Shown in pieces: positions 9,242-19,202 of a stretch of DNA of 64,000 bases (positions are counted from its first letter, which is position 1; each line of letters opens with the position of its first letter). Origin of the DNA: Verrucomicrobiia bacterium (GTDB lineage Bacteria > Verrucomicrobiota > Verrucomicrobiia > Limisphaerales > JADJPG01); contig DATLUX010000516.1 in the NCBI GenBank assembly GCA_035577805.1, positions 4,841 through 68,840 on the forward strand, given 5' to 3'. Made by a program: the position numbers and the translations under genes. The notes under the pieces are model-generated. The model did no database searches. It worked only from the letters and a program-made list of their open reading frames with translations, and had not been told where the DNA came from.

Positions 9242-12200
9242 CTATTTCACCGGGGCCAACTGGGATGCCGGCTTGATCTCAGGTGAAGCCGATTTATGCC
9301 GAGGGGAGGCCGCGAGTTCGCTGAAGAACGTGTAGACCATGGGGATGACCCAGAGCGTCAGGATGGTGCTGCTGAGCATACCGCCGACCACGACGATACC
9401 CATCGGCCGGCGGCTTTCGGCCCCAGCGCCGAACCCGATGGCCACCGGAAGAATCCCGGCGATGGTGGAAAAAGCGGTCATGAGGATGGGGCGCAACCGG
9501 ACCTTGCCCGCCTCGAGCATGGCGTCGCCGGGAGGGATGCCGGCCGCGCGGCGTTGGTTGGCGAATTCGACCAGCAGAATGCCATTTTTGGTGACCAACC
9601 CCACCAGGAGCACGAACCCGATTAGACTGAAGAGGTTGATGTTCATCGCAACCAACGGAGGCAACACGTGAATCTTGCACAGGAAACTCACGAGCCACAG
9701 CAGGCCCAAGGCGCCGAATCCAGCGAGCGGCACGCATAGGATCACCACGACCGGGTGAACCAAACTCTCGAATTGAGCCGCCAACACCATGTAAGTGATG
9801 ACCAACGCCAGAATGAGCACAAAAAGGAATTGCCCGATCGAATCAGTGAACTCCCGGGATTCGCCGGCCCAGTCATGCAAAAACCCAGGCGGCAAATCGT
9901 TCTTCAGCAATTCTTCCACTTGCCGGATGGCGGTGCCAAGCGGGACGCCATTGAGCGAGGCGGAGATGGTGGTGCTGCGCAGGCGATTGTAATGCTCGAT
10001 GGCATTGGCGGTGGCTCCTTCCGAGCGGCGAACGATCGCACTGAGCTGAATCAGCTGTCCGCCCTGATTGCGCACGTAGATCCGGTCGAGATCCTGCGGA
10101 AGCAGCCGGGAGGTGCGTTGCAGTTGGGCAATGACGTCGTATTCCTTGCCGTCCAGTTTAATCCGGCTCAAATCGAGGCTGCCAAAAAGAATCTGGAGCG
10201 TGCGTGAGACGTCTTCGATGCTCACCCCCAGGGCCGCGGCCCGGCTGCGGTCGATGGCCAGACGCAACTCGGGCTTGGTCACCTCGTAGCTGCTGCGGGC
10301 GTTGACCAGCGTGGGCATAGCCCGAAGTTTGTTCAGCAGACTGTCGGTATAGGCGCTGAGTTGATCCAGGTCCTGGGCCTGGATCACCAGCTGAAAGGGC
10401 GAACCGAAGCTGCGCCCAATGGCCTTGGGAATGTTCGGCACCGCGATGGCCCCTTCCACTTCCTCGAAGAATTGCTGACGCAGGCCGCCGGGCGCATTGA
10501 CGATCTGTTGAATGTCGCGTTTCCGCTTGGTTGGATCCTGCAGCCGCACGAATACGATGCCCTGGTTGACTTGGCCCGGACCAACCTGGGCGAAGGCGGT
10601 TACACTACCATACGCCTCCACCTCCGGGGTTTTCTTCAGCATGGCCTCCATCTTGGCCGCTTGCCGGTCGGTATACTCGAGAGTCGAGCCTTCCGGCGTG
10701 AAGACAAAACAAAAGAAACGGCCTTTGTCTTCCTCCGGCAGGAATTCCCCCTCGAGTTGTCCCAGAAGAAAGTAGTTGGGGTACCCGACCACGATGGCCA
10801 GCAGGCCGGCAAAGGCCACGCCGGCCAGCAGACGCAGACCAAACGGCCAGCGGACAAACGGCCGGGCCAGGGTTGAGGCGAGACGGACGCTGGGCTGCAA
10901 GAGCCGGGCGTAAAGCCGCGTAAACCAGCCCAGCATGGCGTCGAACCAGCGGATGACGAAGAAACGGCTGTGCGGCTCGTGTTCCCGAAGCACGCGCGCC
11001 GCCATCATCGGCGAAAGCGTCAAGGCGACGAACGCGCTGACCGCCACGCTGCCGGCCACCGCCACGGCAAATTCCACAAACAAACGGCCGGTGGCGCTCT
11101 GCACGAAGGCCAGTGGCGTGAAGACCGCGATCAAAGACAAGGTGATGGCAATGACGGCGAAGGAGATTTCCTCCATGCCTTTAAACGCCGCTTGCATCGG
11201 AGACAGCCCCTGCTCGACGTGGCGATGAATGTTTTCCAACACCACAATGGCGTCATCCACCACCACCCCAATCGCCAGCACCAACGCCAGCATGGTCAGG
11301 ATGTTCACCGAATAACCGAACGCATGCAGGATCGCGAAGGTCCCGATGATGGAAACGGGAATGGCCACCGACGGGATGAGCGTGGACCGGAAACTGCCTA
11401 GAAACAGCCAAATCAATAACACCACCAAGACAAAAGCGAGGCTGAGGGTGGTCCAGACTTCGCTGATGGCCTTGCGCACGAAAGTCGACTCATCGTAATT
11501 AAAAACCAGTTCGATCCCTTCGGGCAACGTCGGCTTCAACCGCGCCACTTCGGCCATAATCCCGTCGGCCACCTCCACGGTGTTGGCTTTCGATTGTTTG
11601 ACGATGCCCAGGAAAATGCAGGGACGCCCATTGTTGCGGGCCACCGTCCGTTCGTTTTCAACTCCGGAGCGGGCTTCGCCCACGTCGTGCAAATGCACGA
11701 GCTTGGCGCCGTCGTGGCGCAACACCAAATCGTTGAATTCCTCCGGGGTCTTCATCTGGCCGCGGGTTTGGATGGTCATCTCGCGCTGGAGGTTTTCCAC
11801 CCGGCCGCTGGGCAGTTCGACGTTCTGCTGGCGCAGAGCCCGTTCGATGTCCAACACGGTGAGCTGATGGGCCGCCATTTTCTCCGAATCCAACCACAAG
11901 CGCATGGCGTAACGCTTTTCGCCGCCGATGATCACGCCGGAAACGCCTCGCACCGTCTGCAGGCGGTTCTTCATTTGTTTCTCGGCCAACAAGGTGAGTT
12001 CCAGCGCAGTGTAGACATCGCTGTTGACTCCAATCCAGATGATGGGCTGGGCATCGGCGTCCTGCTTGGCCACGATCGGTTCGTCGATGGACTCCGGGAG
12101 GCGCCCGCGCACGCGCGACACGCGATCGCGCACGTCCTGAGCGCACTGATCGATGTCACGGCTCAAATCGAATTCGAGCGTGATGGTGCTGACCTGTTCG

Positions 12201-12454
12201 CGGGATTGGCTCGAAAGCGTGCGAATGCCCTCGATGTTATTCAGTTGTTCTTCCAGCCGCTCGGACACCTCGGTTTCCACCACGCTGGCGTTGGCGCCGG
12301 GATAAACCGTGGTCACGCTGACGATGGGCGGATCGATGTCAGGCAACTCGCGCACCGGCAGGCGGGACAATGAGATCGCGCCAAACAGGATCAAGGCCAG
12401 GTTCATCATCACGGTGAGAACCGGCCGCTTGATGCTGATGCGCGGTAAAATCAC
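9242..12454 (-). CDS. RND efflux transporter permease, pump 2 (distinct paralogue)
   Basis: 1070 aa. N-terminal ISIKRPVLTVMMNLALILFG TM1, conserved VVVDDAIVVLENIHRHVE, 12-TM RND layout. Its start overlaps the adaptor 2 stop by 4 nt. Confidence 0.9.
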   Translation of the reverse strand: MILPRISIKRPVLTVMMNLALILFGAISLSRLPVRELPDIDPPIVSVTTVYPGANASVVETEVSERLEEQLNNIEGIRTLSSQSREQVSTITLEFDLSRDIDQCAQDVRDRVSRVRGRLPESIDEPIVAKQDADAQPIIWIGVNSDVYTALELTLLAEKQMKNRLQTVRGVSGVIIGGEKRYAMRLWLDSEKMAAHQLTVLDIERALRQQNVELPSGRVENLQREMTIQTRGQMKTPEEFNDLVLRHDGAKLVHLHDVGEARSGVENERTVARNNGRPCIFLGIVKQSKANTVEVADGIMAEVARLKPTLPEGIELVFNYDESTFVRKAISEVWTTLSLAFVLVVLLIWLFLGSFRSTLIPSVAIPVSIIGTFAILHAFGYSVNILTMLALVLAIGVVVDDAIVVLENIHRHVEQGLSPMQAAFKGMEEISFAVIAITLSLIAVFTPLAFVQSATGRLFVEFAVAVAGSVAVSAFVALTLSPMMAARVLREHEPHSRFFVIRWFDAMLGWFTRLYARLLQPSVRLASTLARPFVRWPFGLRLLAGVAFAGLLAIVVGYPNYFLLGQLEGEFLPEEDKGRFFCFVFTPEGSTLEYTDRQAAKMEAMLKKTPEVEAYGSVTAFAQVGPGQVNQGIVFVRLQDPTKRKRDIQQIVNAPGGLRQQFFEEVEGAIAVPNIPKAIGRSFGSPFQLVIQAQDLDQLSAYTDSLLNKLRAMPTLVNARSSYEVTKPELRLAIDRSRAAALGVSIEDVSRTLQILFGSLDLSRIKLDGKEYDVIAQLQRTSRLLPQDLDRIYVRNQGGQLIQLSAIVRRSEGATANAIEHYNRLRSTTISASLNGVPLGTAIRQVEELLKNDLPPGFLHDWAGESREFTDSIGQFLFVLILALVITYMVLAAQFESLVHPVVVILCVPLAGFGALGLLWLVSFLCKIHVLPPLVAMNINLFSLIGFVLLVGLVTKNGILLVEFANQRRAAGIPPGDAMLEAGKVRLRPILMTAFSTIAGILPVAIGFGAGAESRRPMGIVVVGGMLSSTILTLWVIPMVYTFFSELAASPRHKSASPEIKPASQLAPVK

Positions 12455-13605
12455 AGGGGCTTGCCCTTCTCGCCGGCGTCTGACCCGATCGGCTCCGCCG
12501 GTTTTACCGGCTTGACCTTGCCCCCCGGCCGGATCTTTTGGTGTCCTTCCACCACCACGCGCTCCCCGGCTTTCAGGCCCTCGGCGATCTCCACGATGCC
12601 GGCCTGGCGCAAGCCCAGTTTCACCGGTCGAATCTGCGCTGTGTCCTGTTTGTCCACCACATAGATCACGGTGCGGTCGCCAGTGGCCATGACGGAGGTC
12701 TCGGGAATGACGATGGCCTGCTCTTTCAGGCGCAGGGTCAGATCGAGGTTGGCAAACATGCCGGGTTTCAGCTCGTCCTGCGGATTCGGAACGCGCGCTT
12801 TGACCAAAGCGGTGCGCGTGTTGGCTTCCACGAACGGCGCGATGAAAAAGACTTCGCCGGAAAAGACGCGCGCCGGGAAGGCCGCCACCGTGATCTCGAG
12901 CTTCTGCCCGAGCCGCAGTTGGCTGACAAACCGTTCCGGCACGTTCAATTCCACTTTTACCGGGTCGAGATCCACCAGCCAGGTTAAGGTCGTGTTCTTG
13001 GAGATCACTTGACCCGGACTCACCTGACGGGAGCTGACGATCCCCTCAAACGGCGCCACGATCCGCGCATCCTTGAGTTCCCGTTTGCGCATCGCCACGC
13101 TCGCCTGATGGGCCTGGAACTGGGCGCCCGCTTGGTCGAACTCCTGTTGGCTGATCAATTTGTCCTGAAACAACTGGCGGCTCCGGTCATAGGTCAGCCG
13201 GCTGAGTTTGAAATTGGCCTCCGCCTCCTCCAGGGCGGCGCTGGCTCTCACTTCGTCCAGGCGCAACAACAAATCGCCGCCCTTCACCTTCTGTCCTTCC
13301 TGGAAAAGGATCTCGACCACCATCCCGTCGGTCTCGGACTTGATCTCCACCATCTCGTCGGCGGCTAGCGTGCCGACCAAGGAGAGCGTTTCAGAAATCG
13401 ACTGCAGGGTTGCATCGACTACCACGGCTTGCACGGCAAACCCCCCGCCGGCCCCTGTGCTCGCTTTCGCGCTTTGTTCCCGGCAACCCGTGGCCAGCAG
13501 TAGCAACGGAGCCAGGAGCAGGAAAGCGGTGGGGAAAAAGCGGAACGAAGTCGGTGTCAGTTCGTGGTCCATCAGCGTGGCGGTGGCGGTGTGTTCCATG
13601 GTCAA
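12451..13605 (-). CDS. RND efflux periplasmic adaptor, adaptor 2
   Basis: 384 aa with a signal/anchor segment, a coiled-coil hairpin (..EEAEANFKLSRLTYDRSRQLFQ..) and C-terminal beta domains. Its start overlaps the tetR stop by 4 nt. Confidence 0.85.
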   Translation of the reverse strand: MTMEHTATATLMDHELTPTSFRFFPTAFLLLAPLLLLATGCREQSAKASTGAGGGFAVQAVVVDATLQSISETLSLVGTLAADEMVEIKSETDGMVVEILFQEGQKVKGGDLLLRLDEVRASAALEEAEANFKLSRLTYDRSRQLFQDKLISQQEFDQAGAQFQAHQASVAMRKRELKDARIVAPFEGIVSSRQVSPGQVISKNTTLTWLVDLDPVKVELNVPERFVSQLRLGQKLEITVAAFPARVFSGEVFFIAPFVEANTRTALVKARVPNPQDELKPGMFANLDLTLRLKEQAIVIPETSVMATGDRTVIYVVDKQDTAQIRPVKLGLRQAGIVEIAEGLKAGERVVVEGHQKIRPGGKVKPVKPAEPIGSDAGEKGKPL

Positions 13606-14201
13606 GCGGCGTGACGGGCCGCCCCGCCGAGGTAAAGGTGAACCACCGATTCCGCGTCGCGCCGGGTCAGTGGCGGATGGCCGGTGACCAGGTATTCCAT
13701 GACGCGGATGGTCATTAAACCCCAGATGCCCAGAGCCAACTCGCGCGTGCTGTAGCCCGGAAGCAGGCCGCCTTTGGCGCGTCCTTGCCGGATCAGCCGG
13801 TGGATGAAATTGAAATTGCGCTGGGGCTTGTCCAGATACCGGATTTGGGCGGGGATTTCGCCGCGGGCGGCGAACGCGGTGGCGAAAGCGATTCGCATCA
13901 ACGGTCGATGATGGGTGATGAATTCGAACAGGGCGGCGAGGATCTCGATCAGCTGTTCCTTCAGGCTGGCCCGATTTTTGAGGGCCTGCCGCATGAGCCG
14001 GTACCGTTCATCGTGCGCCCAATCGAGCAAGGCCTGGAACAAACCGGCTTTGCTGTCGAAATGATAATAAAGCGTGGGTTTGGTCACGCCAGCCGCATCG
14101 ACAATCGACTGGACGGAGGCGCCCGCGTAGCCGCGATCGGCAAATTGCCGAAGGGCGGCGTGCAGGAGGCGGGCTCGGGCTCTGGAATCGCGCCTTTTCA
14201 C
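13602..14201 (-). CDS. TetR/AcrR family transcriptional regulator
   Basis: 199 aa. N-terminal HTH (ASVQSIVDAAGVTKPTLYYHFDSKAGLF) typical of TetR. GTG start at 14201. It is the first gene of the efflux gene string. Confidence 0.85.
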   Translation of the reverse strand: MKRRDSRARARLLHAALRQFADRGYAGASVQSIVDAAGVTKPTLYYHFDSKAGLFQALLDWAHDERYRLMRQALKNRASLKEQLIEILAALFEFITHHRPLMRIAFATAFAARGEIPAQIRYLDKPQRNFNFIHRLIRQGRAKGGLLPGYSTRELALGIWGLMTIRVMEYLVTGHPPLTRRDAESVVHLYLGGAARHAA

Positions 14202-14265
14202 CAGATCTTACCGCTCGGTATACGCAGCATCCGCCGGCGAGTCAACCTGCAACCATCCCCATCCC

Positions 14266-14376
14266 GTAGTAGCCGACGTCAGGAGGCTCATTCTTCCCGT
14301 TTGCCCTGGAGATACGATCGCAGCCGGCGGGTGCTTACGCGCAGGCAGATCAGATCCTCCTGACCTCAGCTGCTCC
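14266..14376. repeat. MITE/REP-like element, family A, copy 1
   Basis: Terminal inverted repeats gtagtagccgacgtcaggagg (14266-14286) and cctcctgacctcagctgct (14356-14374). The left 30 nt match the other family A copies. Confidence 0.8.
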
Positions 14377-14384
14377 AGCGAATA

Positions 14385-17063
14385 CTACTTCCGTTCCTTG
14401 GCGGGTCGTGTGGGGGGCTTGCCTGATTTATCGTCGGCGGTTTTGGGCGTGAGCGCCTCGAGCTTCTTTTTCAGCTCGTCGAGGTCGCGACGCAGTTGGC
14501 GGTTATCTTTCTGCAAGTTGACCACTTCGTTGCGGAGGGCGCTGACTTCAACCGACGGCTTGCGGCCGTCGCGCAATGTATTAGCGGCGCGTTCGGCGGC
14601 GGCGCGTTCCGGGTTTTCCTTGGGGCCGGCGGCGATCCGTTCGAGGGCGGCCAGGGCCTTGGTGTCCCCGAGAGTGCCGAGGGCGTTGATGGCCGCCTGT
14701 TGCACCTGTTTTTTGGGATGCTCCAGGCGCGCCATGAGAAAGTCGCGCACCGCGTCTTTCTTGTCTTCATTGCGGGCCAGCCAGGCGAGAGCGCCCAGGC
14801 CGCGGCCGAAGCCGCCGGTGGTGAACGCCATTTCATTGGTTTTCAGTGTGTCGAGCAGGGGCCCGATGTAACTGGCGTTGTCCTGTCCGCGGATGGCGCC
14901 GACACTGGTCTCCGCCAGATGATTCCGGTAGGAGCTCGACTGCAGGAAACGCTGAAGAATGTCGTGCACGTCCGGTTTGTCGTATGGCCCGAGGGCGCCC
15001 AGTGCCACCGCTTGAATGTCAGGGTTCTTTTCCTGCTCCAGGACCGTCTTGGCGGTTTCATAGCTGGATTCGCGATAGGAGGAAGTGAGGGCCGACACGA
15101 CTTCCCGCCGGACGCGGGCATCGTTTTGTTTGAGGCTGTCGCGGAGGGCGGCGGTGGCGTCGTCGTTTTGGATCGCGCGGATCGAGCGGGCGGCGGCCAG
15201 ACGCACGCCATGGAACGAGTCATGGTTGAGGGCGTGTTTCAGTTTGGAGAGGGCATCGCTGTGGCCGCTCAGTTGTTCGGCGGCGAGCAGACGGCCAATC
15301 ACGTCGTTGGTGTCGGTCAATTGACGATCGAGCATGGCGGCGGTCGGAGTGAAAGAGATCTTGGCCAGGACCGTGAGGTTGGGATCGATGCGAACCAGCT
15401 CCGGGGCCTCGGGCAGGGCGACATAAAAATCTTCCGCTTTGGCTTTCACGTCGAGGGTGCGTTCGATCAGCCCGGACTTGGTCCGGAACCGGACGGGCAG
15501 CGGGACCTTGAAGAGCAACACGTCGTCGCTGAGTTTTTGGACCTGCGTGATCGAGAGCCGGGCGAGTTTGGCCCGTTCATCCCAGCCGTAACTGATGTTC
15601 AGCTCCGGATGATGCGCGTGATAAACGTATTGGTTGAAGAACTGGTCGAAAGAACGGCCGGAGATTTCCTCGATGACGCGGTTGAGGTCTTCGGTGACGA
15701 CATTGCCGTATTGATGGCGTTGCAGATAGGTTTTGATGGAGAGGTGATACAGGTCGTCGCCCAGTTGTTGACGCAGCATGTGCAAGACCCAGCAGCCTTT
15801 CGGATAGGCATGAAACCCGAACTGATCGTCCGGATCATTGAAGTCCCGCCGCACGATGGCGTTGGTATCGTTGGCCTGGCCCAGGATTCCTTGGGCGTTC
15901 TGGTACATCTCATAGAGAAACAGCTCGTGCCCGAACTTGTGCCTCTGGTAGAGGGCTTCGTAGTAGGTGGCGAATCCTTCGTTCAGCCAGAGATGCGACC
16001 AATCCTTGCAGGTGACCAGGTCACCAAACCACTGATGGGCGAGTTCGTGCGCGACCAACCCGATGCTGTCGCGCAGGTTTTCGGTGGCCGGCGTGAAGAG
16101 CGTGTGGTCCGTCAGGATGGTGAGGGTGGTGTTCTCCATCCCGCCCCAGGAAAAATCGTCGACACAAACCTGGTAATATTTGGCCCACGGATAGTCGACG
16201 CCGATCTCTTTCTCGAAGAAAGCCATCATATCCTTGGTGTCCTGGAACGACGTGGCCGCTTGTTCGATTTGGGACGCCGGCGTGTAGAAGGCCAGCGGAA
16301 TATCGCGATACGTGTCGTCCACGTTCTTGAAATAACCCGCGCAGAGCGCGATCAGATAATTGGCATGGGGCTTCTCCTGCATCCAGCGCACGGCCACCAG
16401 GCCAGTGCTGGAATCCTTGGTCTCGGAGACCTTGCGACCGTTCGACAGCACCGTCATGCCCTCCACCACGTGGCAGATCACTTCGCTGGTGAACTTCGCG
16501 TTGGGCGCGTCCACCGACGGGAACCAATGCCTGGCCTCCAGGGGTTCGCCCTGCGTCCAGAGATGCGTGTCCCCCTGCTTGTAGCCCATCTCCGGCGTGC
16601 GAAAGTAAAGTCCTTTCTTCGGGGAAGCGCTGTACTTCACCGTTACGCTGGCCTCGCGATCGGGCGGGATCGGTTCGGCAAACGTGACGATGACCTGCGA
16701 CTCGGTGGCTTGCCAGCCCAGCAGTTTCTCGGACGACTCGACCGCGGCGACCGACAAGTTAATCCCATCGAGTTTAAGCTCGCTGAAGGATCTGGCGATT
16801 GGCTGAAAGCGCACCGTGACGGACCCGGACACCGTCCGCGCCTTAAAATCAGGCGTCACGTCGAGGGTCAGATGCCGGACCTGAATCTCGCGGCTGGGCG
16901 CGTATTTGAGATACTCCGGGCTGTCGAGGGCGGCCGCCAGCCAGGCTTGGGCTTTGCCGCAGCCGAGTTGTTCCGATTCAGCTCGGGCCATGATGGGGGG
17001 GAGCGCAAGCACGGCCAGAGCCAGGGTGCCGGCGGGAAATAACCGAAACGAACGCGTCTTCAT
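14385..17063 (-). CDS. M1-family zinc aminopeptidase (aminopeptidase N-like) with C-terminal HEAT-like repeats
   Basis: Signal peptide. Gluzincin motifs GGMEN and HELAHQWFGD-x18-WLNEGFATY (HExxH+E). The C-terminal third is helical-repeat-like and ends in a coiled-coil / Lys-rich tail (..LRRDLDELKKKLEAL..KERK). Confidence 0.85.
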   Translation of the reverse strand: MKTRSFRLFPAGTLALAVLALPPIMARAESEQLGCGKAQAWLAAALDSPEYLKYAPSREIQVRHLTLDVTPDFKARTVSGSVTVRFQPIARSFSELKLDGINLSVAAVESSEKLLGWQATESQVIVTFAEPIPPDREASVTVKYSASPKKGLYFRTPEMGYKQGDTHLWTQGEPLEARHWFPSVDAPNAKFTSEVICHVVEGMTVLSNGRKVSETKDSSTGLVAVRWMQEKPHANYLIALCAGYFKNVDDTYRDIPLAFYTPASQIEQAATSFQDTKDMMAFFEKEIGVDYPWAKYYQVCVDDFSWGGMENTTLTILTDHTLFTPATENLRDSIGLVAHELAHQWFGDLVTCKDWSHLWLNEGFATYYEALYQRHKFGHELFLYEMYQNAQGILGQANDTNAIVRRDFNDPDDQFGFHAYPKGCWVLHMLRQQLGDDLYHLSIKTYLQRHQYGNVVTEDLNRVIEEISGRSFDQFFNQYVYHAHHPELNISYGWDERAKLARLSITQVQKLSDDVLLFKVPLPVRFRTKSGLIERTLDVKAKAEDFYVALPEAPELVRIDPNLTVLAKISFTPTAAMLDRQLTDTNDVIGRLLAAEQLSGHSDALSKLKHALNHDSFHGVRLAAARSIRAIQNDDATAALRDSLKQNDARVRREVVSALTSSYRESSYETAKTVLEQEKNPDIQAVALGALGPYDKPDVHDILQRFLQSSSYRNHLAETSVGAIRGQDNASYIGPLLDTLKTNEMAFTTGGFGRGLGALAWLARNEDKKDAVRDFLMARLEHPKKQVQQAAINALGTLGDTKALAALERIAAGPKENPERAAAERAANTLRDGRKPSVEVSALRNEVVNLQKDNRQLRRDLDELKKKLEALTPKTADDKSGKPPTRPAKERK

Positions 17064-17196
17064 GATGCGAAAATTTAGTGGGGCGTTGATACACGCGGCG
17101 GTCCTGAAAAGAAAGAGGCAATCTCCCGCTCCCTTCAGCCAGTGCGGCAGGCGATTTCGTTCGTGTTCAGCAAGCCTATTGCTTAGGCTCTCGCCC

Positions 17197-18357
17197 GTGC
17201 GCCCGTCCGAACGAATTCAGGCCGTGCAATCCCCCATCATCCCAGTGGTGGCGGAATGGATTCGCCAGGTACCTGACACCATTTCGTTGGGCCAGGGGGT
17301 GGTCAGTTACGGCCCGCCTCCGGAGGCCATCGCGCAGGTCCAGCATTTTCTCGCCAACTCGGACAACCACAAATACAAGCCGGTGGTTGGGATGCCCGAA
17401 TTGATTGAGGCCTTTGGCCGCAAGCTGAAGGAGGAGAACGGAATTGTCCTCGGGGAAGAAGCCCGGGTGGTAATCACGGCGGGCGGCAACATGGCATTTT
17501 GGAATGCGCTCCTGGCCATCGCCGATCCGGGAGACGAGATCATCCTGCAGACGCCTTATTACTTCAATCACGAGATGGCGGTCACCATGGCCAATTGCCG
17601 CCCCGTGTTGGTCCCGACCGATACCAATTATCAACTGCAACTCGATGCCATCCGCGATGCAGTGACTGCCCGCACGCGCGCCGTGGTCACGGTCTCGCCC
17701 AACAATCCCACCGGGGCCGTTTATCCCGAGGCTGCGCTGCGGGCGGTGAACGAACTTTGCCGCGAACGAGGGTTATTCCACATCCATGACGAGGCCTACG
17801 AATATTTCGTTTACGAGCAGGCGCGCCATTTTTCGCCCGGGTCCCTGCCGGGCGCCGCTTCCCACACCATCTCGCTTTATTCGTTATCGAAGGCCTACGG
17901 GTTTGCGAGCTGGCGCATTGGCGCGATGGTGATCCCGGAATCCTTGCTGACGCCGGTGCGCAAAATCCAGGACACCATCCTGATTTGCGCCCCGGTCATT
18001 TCCCAATATGCGGCGCTGGGTGCCCTCCGGGTTGGAGCCGCTTACTGCCGGGAACGGCTGAAGGACATCGCGCGCGTGCGGACCATCGTGCGGCGGGAAT
18101 TGACGGCATTGGGCGGGCTCTGCGAAGTTCCTCCGGCCGATGGCGCCTTTTATTTCTTGCTGCGTCTGCCGGGAGGCGGCGAGCCGTTGGCGCTCTGCGA
18201 ACGTTTGATTTGCGAGCATCACGTCGCGGTCATCCCAGGCAACGCGTTTGGTCTCGAGCAAGGTTGTCATCTGCGAATCGCCTACGCCGCGTTGCCGGAG
18301 AAAACCGTGATGGAAGGCGTGAACCGACTCGTCAACGGCTTGAGCAAGCTGGTATGA
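17197..18357 (+). CDS. PLP-dependent aminotransferase, class I/II
   Basis: Motifs VSPNNPTGAVY and SLSKAYGFASWRIG (Schiff-base Lys). The ORF opens at 16906, but that part overlaps the aminopeptidase gene. GTG 17197 (VRPSERIQAVQSPIIP..) or TTG 17179 are the plausible starts. Confidence 0.8.
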   Translation: MRPSERIQAVQSPIIPVVAEWIRQVPDTISLGQGVVSYGPPPEAIAQVQHFLANSDNHKYKPVVGMPELIEAFGRKLKEENGIVLGEEARVVITAGGNMAFWNALLAIADPGDEIILQTPYYFNHEMAVTMANCRPVLVPTDTNYQLQLDAIRDAVTARTRAVVTVSPNNPTGAVYPEAALRAVNELCRERGLFHIHDEAYEYFVYEQARHFSPGSLPGAASHTISLYSLSKAYGFASWRIGAMVIPESLLTPVRKIQDTILICAPVISQYAALGALRVGAAYCRERLKDIARVRTIVRRELTALGGLCEVPPADGAFYFLLRLPGGGEPLALCERLICEHHVAVIPGNAFGLEQGCHLRIAYAALPEKTVMEGVNRLVNGLSKLV

Positions 18358-19115
18358 AACTCTATTGCGTTCAACTGGACATCATCTGGGAAAACAAAAA
18401 AGCGAACTTTGCGCGCGTGGAACGGTTGCTGGCCGCCACGCCGCCGGAGCGCGGGTCCCTCGTGCTGCTGCCGGAGATGTTCGCCACCGGATTCAGCATG
18501 AACGTTCCGGCCGTCCGCGAGGGCCGCGAACGCGAAACCGAACGGTTTCTGGCCCGGACGGCCAAGGAACATGACATTTATCTGATGGGCGGCTTGGTCA
18601 CCGCCAAGGCCAATGGCAAGGGCAGCAATCAAGCCGTTGTTTTCTCTCCGGAAGGCGAAGAGATCGCGCGCTATTCGAAACTGCAACCATTTACCCTCGG
18701 CGGCGAATCCAAGAATTATGACGCGGGCCGCAGTGTGGTCTTGTTCGAATGGAACCGGCTCAAAGTCTCGCCCTTTGTCTGTTACGATTTGCGGTTCCCG
18801 GAACATTTCCGGGCAGCCACCAAACGCGGGGCACAACTCTTGACCGTGATCGCCAACTGGCCGATCGCCCGCATCCATCACTGGACCGCTTTGCTGCAAG
18901 CCCGCGCCATTGAGAACCAGGCCTACGTCGCGGGCGTCAACCGCTCCGGCAAGGATCCGACCCTCACCTACAACGGCCGGAGCCTGATCGTCAGTCCCAA
19001 AGGCGACATCCTGGCCGACGGCGGCTACGGCGAGAGCGTCATCAGCGCTGAACTCGATCCCGCGGAACTGGCCGTCTACCGCCAGCAATTGCCCTTCCTG
19101 GCCGACATGCGCTGA
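18354..19115 (+). CDS. Carbon-nitrogen hydrolase (nitrilase superfamily, omega-amidase/Nit2-like)
   Basis: Glu-Lys-Cys triad contexts LVLLPEMF, YSKLQPF, FVCYDLRFPE. ATG 18354 overlaps the upstream stop (ATGA), indicating translational coupling. Confidence 0.8.
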   Translation: MKLYCVQLDIIWENKKANFARVERLLAATPPERGSLVLLPEMFATGFSMNVPAVREGRERETERFLARTAKEHDIYLMGGLVTAKANGKGSNQAVVFSPEGEEIARYSKLQPFTLGGESKNYDAGRSVVLFEWNRLKVSPFVCYDLRFPEHFRAATKRGAQLLTVIANWPIARIHHWTALLQARAIENQAYVAGVNRSGKDPTLTYNGRSLIVSPKGDILADGGYGESVISAELDPAELAVYRQQLPFLADMR

Positions 19116-19202
19116 TGATCGCGTTTCCTCCCGCCCAAAATCTTTTTGGCAAGAATGCCGCACTAGCCTCCTTGGGGGCCAGCAACCGGGCGTATTTAGG
19201 CA

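Noticed and set aside
14209-14220. The palindrome TACCG-CT-CGGTA, 8 nt upstream of the tetR GTG, as a TetR operator.
   Set aside because: It has only 5-bp arms, is not repeated elsewhere in the locus, and lies where the ribosome-binding region would be. This is too weak to call.
14496-17042. Very long ORFs antisense to well-supported genes. Examples: 14496..17042 (+), 7704..8930 (+), 22057..23097 (-), 24440..25222 (+), 31420..32706 (-), 40452..41927 (-), 42665..44356 (-), 49799..51226 (-).
   Set aside because: In every case the opposite strand encodes a protein with unambiguous family motifs (HExxH, GspF repeats, DHQS core, SdhA FAD motifs and so on). The antisense translations are Arg/Gly/His/Pro-rich and low-complexity. 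GC-rich DNA is naturally poor in stop codons on the antisense frame.
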